DNA of 58,299 nucleotides, filler included, from Basidiobolus ranarum (taxonomy: Eukaryota), in NCBI GenBank assembly GCA_040143965.1. It is 7 parts of 7 records of this genome, joined end to end, with 100 filler letters (N's around TTAATTAATTAA, not from the genome) between each part and the next. Parts side by side here need not be neighbours in the genome. Positions count along the whole stretch, not along the records: positions 1 to 8,261 come from JASJQH010000992.1; positions 8,362 to 16,617 come from JASJQH010000993.1; 5 more parts are not named here. One strand, given 5' to 3'. Of this stretch, positions 1-12,015 are shown one piece after another; positions within the stretch are counted from its first letter, which is position 1; every line of letters starts with the position of its first letter. The translations under genes and the position numbers were made by a program. The notes beneath the pieces are model-generated. The model saw only the letters and a list, made by a program, of their open reading frames with translations, was not told the DNA's origin and ran no database searches.

Positions 1-149
1 CATGGATTGGGCTTTGTTGCTGTTATTGTGCTCAAACAATGTGAAAACCCGTGATTGTGACAAGGCCAAGTTCACTGTTTCATGATCAAAAGTTTCATTG
101 CCAATTTTGGCTTGAGTCTGCCTGCATGGCAAACTAAAACAAAATCACA

Positions 150-990
150 TACCTGACAAGTCTGTCACAGAATTTTTTTCAATTTGAAGCTCTATATGGA
201 TGAAAACTCAGTGTGGGTCATCATGGCACCTTGGGTAGCACTATGTATTGAGTGACACCAGTACAAAATTGCTCCAAACTGGAACCCATGAGCAGCAACT
301 GCTTATTTCTTGGAACTGTGCTTGATCTAAGTAATACAAATGATGTAATACCAAAAACTGGAAGTTTTTAAGGAGCAGAGATACAATTTTTGGATAAAGA
401 GCAAAATTTTCACCTTTAATCCCAGATCTTGAGCAGGATATTAGCACTGTCAAGCAAAGATCAGATGATAAACAAGTTCTTGCTGAACCTAATTCAACTA
501 AAAATGCAGCTCCAATGCATTGGAGGAAGATTCAGAACCTTGGAGATCATCCTGGAGTAGAAGTAAGCCAGGCAACTATTTGAACACTTCCAGTCATGCT
601 ATCTATGCTGATGCAGCATTAAGTGCCAAGCTGCAAAATCTAGATCAAGCCCTGAAGTGTCAAGAATCAAAATGCTCAGAACAAGCTAAGTTAAAAAATT
701 TACTTCACTCCAACACAGCAAAATAATGTGTTTTAACTCTTCAACCATTCAGAACAAGTCAACTGGTGGCACATGGCTCAATAAGGTGACAAACCACAAA
801 GATGTAATCTTGGGAAGGTTCAAGGTATCATCAGTAACAAAAGGAGATCCTCAGACTTCAGGAGGTAAGTATGATGAAACCTTCACCAGAGTAGCTAAAT
901 TTAACTCCTTTAGAGCGGTTCTGGCACTTTCAGCAATTCATAACCTGGATTTGCATCAAAAAGATGTTAAAACAACCTTCATTCAGGTAT
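150..990 (+). mobile_element. Degenerate Ty1/copia pol fragment (post-integrase SH3-like region and start of reverse transcriptase)
   Basis: ORF 726-1103 reads KGDPQTSGGKYDETFTRVAKFNSFRAVLALSAIHNLDLHQKDVKTTF, the RVT_2 N-terminal signature. Upstream remnants resemble EALYG..P and KLEP...CLFLG. Stops and frameshifts are present. Confidence 0.85.
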
Positions 991-2930
991 TTGAGAGTTA
1001 CTTTGTCTTAAATACTTTACCCAAGATGTGCAATGATATGAATGTCCAAGAATGCCTCATAACCATAGATATTCTCATTGGAAGTGTTCCACCAATTCCT
1101 TGACTGATTTCATCATTGAGATGATCCCCTAGACCCTAATTATGCTGTGCTTTAATTAGGACTTTATGAATAGTTGCATTGGGCTGAGGAAGAGCTGATA
1201 TATTGTGAGACACTATCTAAATAGTGCTGATTGTGTTATCTGGATCAAGAACTATGATCAGAGGTAAAAAATATGTTTCATCAGCAAAAATTGTATCTTG
1301 AACTTAAGTAACTTTGGATTTCTAGTGTCAAACAGTTTGTAGGTGTTGAAATTTCCTTTTCACCCCAAATTGAATCTTGGCACTTATTAACTGCTGATGT
1401 TTGGTATTATGCCATTTGTACTCCTTAAATTAATCTTTGTAACAGAGAAAAATGTATTTATTGCTTTTGGGGTTTCAGTTTAGAGCACTTTTGAGCTGGA
1501 ACTAGTCAATGTGTGATGCAACCAATGATCTCAGCATTTTTGCACTTGGTTTACCAATATAGGGCTTCAAGTGAAGTAAAGTCTTTTAGCAAACTTGTTG
1601 GGCATCTTTAATTGATAATGATCACAGTGGAGATATATTCAGCCCTAAGTTGGTAATTTAACTTTTGATCCTGTAGCAGTGATCTAATCATCTTCATTAT
1701 GATTTTATTACCATGTTTTGCAACTCCACTTTGCTGTTGGATTAGAGCTACAGTATTTTGCTGTTTAATTACATGTTTAGAGTATAAACTAATCAACTTT
1801 TTGGAACATTATATTCTAGCATCATCAATACCATTATTTTTTGTATTGATTCTTCACTTGATAGTGCTGTAGCTCACCTAAGCGTTCAAGTTATATTTGA
1901 CCAAGATTACCAAGATTACCAAAATGTTTTGTTATTTTTTCATCAAAAATAGTCATAGAGTACCTTTTGTCACCAAGTGAGATATTTTTCATGGGTCCAT
2001 GTATGAAACAATTAACCAGGGTGCAATTTGGAGTGGAAATGGTAGCTCCAGAGTGTGGAACTTCTGTACCTTCTTATAGATTTCAATTTAGTGATTGTTC
2101 AATTTCAAATCCTTAAGCAAGTTGGTTTTGGATTAATCAGGTCAGGTTTTCTTCCCCAATTTATCCTAATGTCCAATGCCATGTTTGACATCTTGTTTCA
2201 ATGGTTCAAGTCAAGTTTGCTAGCTCAGAATGCATTTTGTTGATTTCCAGCCTGTATGAGTTTTAAGTCCTGATTCCAGTAGATAATTAGATGTCATCCT
2301 GATCTAGAATCATGCATCTTGCTGAATACCAGGTTGAGTACCTGAGATGTTACTTGGCTCACTAATACCTGATTCTTGACTGTATTTGGGGTAGAGAGTT
2401 CATCCTCCAACCTTGCAGATATATCTCAGTAAACAATGGCCCAACACATATGTAAAAAAAGTTACTTAAAGTTTACATATGTACAACTTGATTGCTAATT
2501 TGTCACTTTCAAATCCCTGTTTCTTTGATATATTCTTCTAAATATTTTTTACAGATTTTATTTCATACCCAAGATTTAGCTCATATCCATCAAATATTTA
2601 TATCAATAAATCCATCAAAGCCCACTATTGTATCAACATTGCTGAATCAACATCCTTCCAGCTATCTGGTGGATAACCTGCATTATTGTGCCACTTTTAT
2701 CAAGTTCTTCCCAGATATCTGTACAGTCAATGCCTGACTGAATAACAAGTTGAATATTCTTTTTCTGCAGCCACTTTCTGCTTACTTGCACTGCATTTTT
2801 CCCTTCAAATTTTGGAGATTCTCTACAAGCACTTCTACTATGTTTATACTTCATTGTAGTGTGACACTACTCAGTGTGCTTTGCAATGTTTGGATAGCTT
2901 CTTGCTTGCTTTAAGTATTGGGCTTATTTC
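991..2930 (-). mobile_element. Degenerate Ty1/copia element on the opposite strand (gag to integrase remnants)
   Basis: ORF 1608-1796 (QQSGVAKHGNKIIMKMIRSLLQDQKL) matches the integrase QQNGVAER.NR motif. Bases ~1076-1110 resemble the reverse complement of ~7460-7495 in the + strand copia copy. ORF 2633-2854 is gag-like. Confidence 0.75.
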
Positions 2931-4379
2931 AAAACTTTGAAAAGTACCAGTTGAAGTTGGATAGCTGTGAGTTTTAATTGCTGGTGTTTAGCTTGGTGAG
3001 AGGTGCCAGTTGCTGGATAAACCTCCAACTTTTGCACTCTTCCAACTGGTGTACTTGATCACATGATAAGGTTAAGTTACTTTGCCATTTTATCTGCTGG
3101 TATATCTGACTCTGGACATATTGGTATTTATAATGGTTTGAAGCATTTGGTGAATGGGCCAGTGGAGCCTAAACTCACTGGCCTTTTTGCTTTTCCTGTG
3201 GGTATACTTAATTCCTGCTCCTTGAGTGCATCTTTTGCAGCTTTTCTTTCTTTTGCAAGTCAATAATTGCATGTACATCTGAGATATCTCATGAATGAGC
3301 CTATACTAGGCCAATTGCCATTTGCTTGCAAAAACCCAGGATAAGCCACACAAAATTAGGCAAAAATCCTCCAAGTAACACCTGGACTTTGGTTTTTCCA
3401 CAATTAGCACAAATTGAAGTGATTTTGGGCAGGATTCTGCACAGCTTCCAAGATGTTTAAGCATCCATTATGAGAACAAGTGACAGCAGCTCCAACATTC
3501 AGAGTTTTTTGGATAACCGGTTTTCTTATGAGATTTCTACTTTGATGTGCCCAAGCAATATCAGGACGTTGTGTTGGCCAAATGGCACAATTGATGTTCT
3601 GCTCTGCTAGATTTTCATGGTGATGTTCACCAGTATGGTTTGGGATAGATTAATCTCCTGTATGAAAATGGAAGGAGGGAGCAAAATGCTGCTGTAGCTA
3701 CAGTGCAACACTCTGAAGGTCATGGATCATAGTCAAGTGACTTGCTAACTATTGACAAGTTGCTTCAGAATGCTGCAATATTGCTTGTCATTGCCTGTGT
3801 AGCAACCTCATAGTCTTTACTTATAATTGCATTTAAATCATTATTATGTTCTGCTACAGATTCCCTTGTTGTAAAGATTCAATCCTAATTTTCCATGGAG
3901 GGCACAAAGCACTATCTTATTATAGTGCTTACTCTACTAGGCACTTACATTACTACTAACAAAATACAACACTAAACTCCATGATTTTACCATCAAGAGC
4001 CCAATGAGACTGCAACAAGCTTGTTATCAAAACACTCACTTTAACAACAAACTTGGGATTAGCTGTACACCTAAGATTATATTTCTAAGAGGGATCAGAT
4101 TGAGCTGGAGCTTTGGATTAGGCACTGTGCTCTCACTATTCAAAAACATTCCAATCCTACTTACTCAGCTGTGTGTTGAAGAATCAAATCTGAATGAACC
4201 ATATGATATAAGATCAAAGTTTGAAACCAAAGAGAAAATACTAGAAATGTCAAAATATCATCAAATTTTACCAAGACTTGTGTCCATATCAACTCATCTT
4301 GATATTTATTAAAATGCATAGACTTGCAGTATTAAATTTGTGTATATTCAAGTAGAATCTTGAACAGATTTCTGACTGA

Positions 4380-4720
4380 CAAGTATTGGCAGCATTGCAA
4401 GTTGTTTGCAAATTTTGTTAATATATTGCTTTGGCATCAACTCATGCTTGTAGATCACAGGCAGACACACCAACTATGCAAAGATTTTGCAATTAGACCG
4501 GCAAAAGTTTATTAAAGGTCTTAAGAAGATATACTGAATATATGCCAGTATTTGATGCATTCCCCACTACATCTATCACAATGTTCAGAGATTTAATGTT
4601 CTTGCCATACTTTTTGCAATTTCCCAATGGAGTATAACTGTGGCAAAATGATTCTCCATGTGAAATTGCCACTGTTACTATAAGCTAATCAGATTAACAA
4701 TGTATGAGCAAAATCAGTGA
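4380..4720 (+). mobile_element. Eroded CACTA/EnSpm-like transposase fragment
   Basis: Manual translation gives KYWQHCKLFANFVNI and HSPLHLSQC...HTFCNFPMEYNCGKMILHVK, resembling the H.L.HL...GP...W.FPMER..G motif of CACTA-type transposases. Interrupted by stops. Confidence 0.5.
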
Positions 4721-5269
4721 TTATTATGAGTGGATTGGTTAAAGAGATGCCAAACTATATTAACATTCCAAAGAGGGCTCTGTTCAATGTGCTTATGGGT
4801 TATTTATTGCTTGAGCAGAATAGCAGCAACAAAACCCAATCCATGGACACAGAGTAAATACCTTTATAATTGTTTAAATCAGGTGAATAGCAGCACATTA
4901 TTGAGTATTTAGTTTGTTCATATTCTGATCATTTGCACTCAATTCTTCATTCAAAAATGTGTTTGTATTGCTCTACTCAATAAAAATAACAATTGGTTCA
5001 CTTTATCAATTTTCATTGTTTTGTCAAAACTTCACAAAATTACCACAAACTTTCACCCATGCATTACAGGCTTTTTGTTATGATCCAAGCACATCCAACG
5101 GTCCTATTTCAAAGTAGGCTATAAATACAACATATTCAATTTGATAGTTGTAAGTGTTCATTTTAAATATCCAAATCCTGTCCAAAGCACTTCCAAATCC
5201 CCTAAACACTTTTATCAGCCCAAGAGCCCAAGCTAGCTGGCAGAGGAGTGTCTACCAGTACTATTGCCA

Positions 5270-8120
5270 ATGTTTTTGCATCCACAGAGAAGTTTGACGG
5301 TGAAGAATTTTACCTTAGGAAGTTGAAGATGCATATGATGCTAGAAAAAAGGATCTTTGGGGATTTGTTACTGGAGAAGAAATAGAGCCAACCAGGCCAC
5401 CAGAAGCTATCCTTGCCTTTCACAAGAAGCATAGGAGAGTACTCTCTACACATTATCTATATCTCAGGGACTCTAAATTGAGAAATACAGACTCAGCCAG
5501 AAACATCCAAACTGGCTGGCAAACACTTCAGGGACTATTTGTGACTGAAAGTTGAGCTAATAAGCTATACCTTGGATGGGAAGTATACTCAGAGGAATTC
5601 TGATAATTCTATGGCTAATCTTATATATTGTATTGTAACTATGGCAGATTACCTCTCATCCATTGAAGCACCTGTAAGTATGGATAGCCGCAGCATGACA
5701 CTACTTGGAAGCCTGCTAGATGAGTTTGGGAACCTCAAAAATACCCTGAACACCAAATCAAGGCCATTAACAATGAAATATATAGGTGCTAGGCTTTTGA
5801 ATAAGGAATTAAGGAGATCTAATTCTTGGCAAAATGATGCAGATCAGGCATTTTTTGGAGCTATAAAGCATCAAACAGGCTTCAATAATGGTTGCCACAA
5901 AAAGAAATCCAACAACTGCAAATATTGCAAGAAACCAGGCCATTTAATCAATGATTGCAAAAGAATCATTTTTGCCAAAGCTAAATTGAAACTGGCAAAT
6001 CAAGTAAGCACTCATAGGGCTCATCTATTTGTGTCTGCCCTATCATTAACCACTAAGGAAGACTCAAAAATGTTATACACTGAATCAGGAGCTTCTCAGC
6101 ATAAGTTAAACAAGAAACATTGGTTTTCCAGCTTGAAACCCATCCAAACAAGTAAAGTCTATTTGGGTGATGTCTGTGCACTAGATGCAATTGGTAAGGC
6201 ACATTTGTGCCTAAGTTAGACCAGAATTCAGCTACACAATCTACTAAATTGGAAGATGTATTCTATATAATAAATATAGCCAAAAATTGACTCTGAGCAA
6301 GCCATGCAATAGCTCAAGGAAAAAATTTTGTATTGAGAAAGGCTGGATCCACCATCATTGATTGGAACAATACTAAGTTAGTTATTGAGATCAGAACTCA
6401 AAACTTAATCAAGCTTCAAATCAACTAATTGCATTCCAAGCATGCTAATATGGCCAAAACCAGTGAAATTAGTGGTCAAATGTGGCATAAAATATTAGTC
6501 CAAATTGGGAAACAAAAACTGACCCAAATGATCCAATATCAGCTTGTGTAAGGTTTAGAAACAGAAAAGATCACCAAATTGGATCTGTGTGAAGGTTGCA
6601 TATATGTAGGCAGCACACACAGCCATTGACAAGCTCTGGAGAGCTCAAATCAACTCAGAATTTTGCCCTGATTCTTTGTCACCATTGTGTGCCATTAAAA
6701 ATGTTTCACTCCATTGCAAAAGGTACTTGATGACCTGTATTGATGACATAACAAGATAAACTTGCGTATTCTATCTCAAATCAAAATCTTGAGCCTTATC
6801 TGCACTCAGGTATCACAAACCAAAGGTAGAAAGAGACTCAACACAAAAAATAAGGGTACCTGGAGGAATTATGGTGATGAATACTGCCCTGAAGACTTTG
6901 CTAGTTTTTTTCTAAACATTTAATTAAGCAACAAACTTCTATACCATATACTTCACAGTAAAATGGAGTTGCAGAACATGCCAATAAGAACATAGTAGAG
7001 ATGGCAAGATCAATGTTACATGATCAAAAGTTATATTATCAACATTGGTTTGGATCTATCTCCATGGCTGCCTGTATCAAAAACAGATGCCCAACATGAT
7101 TGCTACAAATTCTACTACATTTGAAGTCCAATATAGATAAAAACCAAGTGTGGATTATCTTGGGATGTCTGGTGGCATAGCTTATGCCTAACAGCAGCTC
7201 AAAAAAGATCTAAATTGGAACCCAACAGCAGAAAATGCACAGTTCTTGGTTACTATAATGGGTCTTGGGCCTACAGACTGGTTGATACAAAAATCAGAGT
7301 TTGTCAAAGCACAGAGATGTGATTTCCAATGAAATAGCAATTTTATTCAGGAAGTGTCTGGTCAAATTCCACAAGCATCTGAGCCTAATTTATCAAAATC
7401 TCTAGCCTCAACTACATCAGTCAATGAGGCAAGACCTGGAAACTCATTCACAAGGAGGAATAAGCCAGGGATCTGGTGGAACACTTCCAATCATATTTTC
7501 TAAGCTTATGCAGTATTTTGTGACAAGCCACAACCTATAGGTCAAGCTCTGGAGTGGTGGGAATTGGAATATGGGAAAAAGCAATGTCTGATAGGTTTTC
7601 TTCACTTCAGAACAATAAAATATGTGTTTGAGGTCCTCCACCATCTGGAAAAAGCCAATAGGTTGCAAATGTGTCTACAAAATCAAAAACTGAGCAGATG
7701 TAACCACAGAAAGATACAAAGCAAGATTAGTTTCTAAAGGTTATCCCCAGACTTCAGGAGTTAATTTTAATGAAGCTTTTGCTCCAGTTGCTAAGTTTAG
7801 CTCCATTAGATCAGTCCTGGCACTCTCAGCTGTCCATGACCTTGATTTATATTAAATGGATATGAATGCAGCATTTCTGAGTGGAAATCTGGAAGAAGAG
7901 ATCTATATGGATCAACCAGATGGGGTTGTTTACCCAAAATCCCCTGATATGCTCTGTAAACTGCAAATATTACCATATGGACTCACACAAGTATGTAAGG
8001 CATGGAACATCAAGATAAAAACTTATTTGGCATCACCGTAATTCCACAAATGCATAGTTGTTCACAGTATTCACATCACAACAATTGGAAATGAGATCCC
8101 TCTTTGGTACTATATGTGGA
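5270..8120 (+). mobile_element. Degenerate Ty1/copia retrotransposon gag-pol (gag, CCHC knuckle, protease, GAG-pre-integrase, integrase, RT)
   Basis: Gag start KFDGEEFYLRKLKM..DLWGFVTGEE; zinc knuckle CKYCKKPGHLINDC; protease LYTESGASQH (D(S)GAS.H); integrase QxNGVAEHANKNIVEMARSML; RT MDMNAAFLSGNLEEEIYMDQPDG. Domain order PR-IN-RT is copia. Many stops and frameshifts. Confidence 0.93.
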
Positions 8121-8261
8121 AGACTAGTGTTTTCGCGAGGACAATTGTAAAACGAGGATGGAATACATAATTTGCAAAGAAAGGAGTTTGCTTTGTTGAG
8201 GTATGATAAGAGTTGTTGTATGCAAATTCAGCAAGAGGCAAGAGTTGGGTCCAATTATCCT

Positions 8262-8361
8262 NNNNNNNNNNNNNNNNNNNNNNNNNNNNNNNNNNNNNNN
8301 NNNNNTTAATTAATTAANNNNNNNNNNNNNNNNNNNNNNNNNNNNNNNNNNNNNNNNNNNN
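8262..8361. other. Artificial contig spacer (N44-TTAATTAATTAA-N44)
   Basis: Identical 100-bp spacer with a six-frame stop linker. Confidence 0.98.
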
Positions 8362-9515
8362 GCAGACTAATGGTATAAGCATATGGACCCGCCCCATTAA
8401 GACCTGTGCAAAAGAAGTTTGTGCGCTGCACAATCGGCATTTAATGTCAGAGGTGTCGGTATCTGCACACCTTCCGTTAATTCATGATTACAGATTCAAG
8501 TATGACTCCAGACTAGACGTGAGATTTCGGCAGCTGAATGTTGAGAGATGCTTGAGCTTGTGATAAATAACTGAAGGCAGCTAGAGTTCACATTGTTTTT
8601 CATCAAAACGGTGATCAAACAAAGGGAACTCCGTAAATTATGTGAACGTTGGCTGATTCGTAAATCGACACGCCCAACTGATTCCAATTCGGGACACTAG
8701 GATGATAGGAATGTGGCTCATGAGCATTTACTCAAACTTCTCAGAATGACTGCAAGCTTGGGAAGATGCATATCTGGATCAATAATAGCTCACCTGAAAG
8801 GCCACTTTGGAGATCCAGCCAGCGTACCTCATCTACCGATTGACTTGACGCGCCTGGATTTCAGTACAAGTCAGCAGCTGGCGTCGTATCAGCCTCATCG
8901 CAACCGGCTTCTCACTACTCTTGGGCTTGTGCCAGGTGGGTTTAGATGCGTACAAATGCGTTTCGAGTGGCAGTGCAATGTCCTTCTCGAGTTCCGATGA
9001 ATAGATTATATTCCCTAAGATACCGAGTGTCAGTTGTTGATTCTTTCAAATACCGCTGTTTACAACTTGCCGATAATTTCCACCTCAACAGTGTGTGATT
9101 AAGAATTCAACTTGCCTCAGGTGAGAATAGCTACCAATTAGTTGCATTCTGTTGAGAATCGCCAATCGTCAAAAAAGGGAGATATCATCATTTCCCCGAG
9201 TTTGATCATTTTGGTTTCATTTTACTACTCCTGATTCAATTTTAATGGATTATGCTTCAACTTCTGCGAGACGAGTCGTGGTTCTTGGCTCATAGGGTAG
9301 GATAAAAGTACTTTAAATTACAGCCCAATCAAAATTTAAACTCAATTCTGCGCCCTTAAATGCCGTGTGCCTCCTCTTCGACCTGATCTTCCTATAGCTT
9401 CCGTACCTGCTTCATTTTTTCTTTCGGCGACCCTTTGTAACTTTCTTTTTACACTTTACCTTTATATAAATACTTTCGTCTCATCAGTTAAACCGTGCCC
9501 AAATTCAACGCATCC

Positions 9516-10600
9516 ATGGCTCCCAAGCAATCTAAACCGGAAAAATATCACTCAGTTAGCCCTCCCTTTTAGCTTACTAAATATCTTTTGTTCCTTCTCT
9601 AATTCTATTTCCTTTTTCTAGATTCCCACCCAGGAATTGGATGATCCAGAGGCTTCTACTTCTGAGAGTTCTACGCTAATTCATGAACAGCATAGAGACT
9701 GCGAAGAGAGTGAAATAGAAAACTTTAAACCCTCTACCGCTAATCCTTCCACTTCGCCTAAACCTTTCCAGCATGGTAACACCGTCGACAATGAAATCAT
9801 GGAACATCCTCTTAGTCACACCCCTGAAGCTTATCCTAGCAATAGTCAGGATCAGCCAGCCATATTACACACTACAACTGATGGTGTATTTGCTAACATA
9901 CCTGCAAAGCCTACACTTGATACCAATAAAGCAGAAAACTTACCGGTAATATGCTGATTGTAGTCTCAACTGTTCTTTATACGTTTTTACTTATATTGAA
10001 ACATATCTCTATGTCTAGACCTACGAGGAGGCTTCTCGTGATTCTGCACCCGCATACTTTGGCAATACCACTCTACTTGCACCTTCGGGTGATGAGTTTT
10101 TTGTTGAGGGATTACCTGTTGGAAACATCTTTTCGTTTCTTTGGAGTATGCTCGGTAAGGACGTAATAATTATCAACAATCTAATACCTAATACTAATAT
10201 CCTTTCAGTCTCAATGTGCTTCCAATTTATCGGTTTCTTGTTGACATACTTACTTCACACCTCTCACGCCGCCAAGGTAAAAGAACATTAGCTATACTCT
10301 TGTAATTCTGTAGATATCTAATCGGCACTTGAATTATAGAATGGGTCAACTGCTGGTCTCGGATTTACCCTTATTCAATTTGGCTTTTACTTACGTGGTA
10401 AGGTGTATGAGGATGAGCCGTTTGGCTCTCCAGATAGTTCAGATGATACGCTAGTAAACAGTGGCGATATTCGTAGTGTATGGCTCTCATACTTTATGAT
10501 GATTCTTGGATGGTTCTTAGTTATCCGGTCTACTTCCGAATACATCAGAGTACGCAAGCATGAAATCAATATGCTTACCACACCAGAGGGTGCCGTGTAA
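9516..10600 (+). CDS. BSD2: Bsd2/DUF2370 metal-homeostasis Rsp5 adaptor (NDFIP-like), 5 exons
   Basis: ATG at 9516. Spliced product contains DGVFANIPAKP, PY-type LPTYEEA..DSAPAYF, EGLPVGNIFSFLW, FQFIGFLLTYLLHTSHAAKNGS.AGLG and a C-terminal TM segment. Introns are GT-AG. Confidence 0.88.
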
Positions 10601-12015
10601 TTACCTCACATAAATAGTTTACCGTTGTTCTTTAGTCCAGTTTTATTAGTATCCATTACATATTGTTAAAGTTTCTCGAACATTACTTTTTCGTCCAATA
10701 ATCTCCACACCAGTTTCTTCTATATACTACATCAGGACCGATAATAAGGGAGACTTTAACATCTAAACCAACTGGTGATTTAGCATCCCTCCAAGTGGAC
10801 CACATTCTTTCATCGCCTGTTCCTTTCACCCAGAGATCTTCCACAGAACTCCTATGGATGTTGAATAAATTAGTTTAAACTGACTGTACACATATGATAC
10901 ACGTCTTGGCCCATTTGATTCGCCACGCACACGCGCACAATGGAAGGGTACATCCGGCGGCGATGGCTAGCAATGCATATGCTAATCACCCTTCCAAACA
11001 CGGTTTCATATCTATACTTGCATGCATACTTCACACGAAGCGTAGCACTGAGATATCAATGGTTTCAGGGGGATGGCATCAACATGATTGTTATGGAAGA
11101 TCGATTGTTCAATGCTTATTGTTTAGCCACCCTAGTGGCCAAGACAATGACTTTATTTAGTCAGCGAAGTGGGATTTTGTGATCACCAACTTCACCATCT
11201 CATTCTCTTTTTGTGAATTCTACAAATCTCCTGATACACAAACGACAGTAACAGTCCTACAATTTAACAGTTTTGGTAAGAGTAGCAACAAGTATAGTAT
11301 TCATTATATAATGGCCAGATTTGGTTAGATTGTTGTGATTGTAATTCCAAATATTATTGATTCATAGATCCTCAATCAATCAAAGTTGCCCATAGCACTT
11401 CCCACCACATCTGCTGCATACTAGTTACTCATTGACAATTATCATGTAGGAGTCAGTGATATGAGGTGTTCCCGGTTTCGCCGTTCGCCTTCATGGTGCG
11501 CATGAGAGATTGCCTGTAAAGGATGGAGCGATGTTTCTAATCCTTGGTTCCCTTGAATTCTTTTAAATGATACTTTATTTAAAGAAAACACATGCTGTAT
11601 GTATGTAACCAAGAGCATAGCACAAAGGAATATAGAATGATTGAGTAAAGGGGTCTGAAATACTTACCAAGTATCAGGTAATCGAAAAAGAGCTGGTCTG
11701 TGGATATTGAGTAAGGATGAAGAAGGGGTCCCAGCCCAAAAGAAAAAAGTTGGTTATTCTTCGAAAGTTACGGGTAATATGGAAATGACTCTCTTTTTAT
11801 CCTTCGTTGAGAATGATCCAGAGCCATCTGAGGTATCTCCCGAACGACTGTTTAAAAATGACCGGAAAATTACATGATAAGTTGATAGTACATACATGGA
11901 ACTTGCTTGACAAAAAGGCCTTTTGCTCGCAAATAACTGATATGTAGATTAAAGATTACGGATACAAAAAAATGTCCACTATATTGAAGTTAGCGTGGAA
12001 CTAAAGATAAACGAA

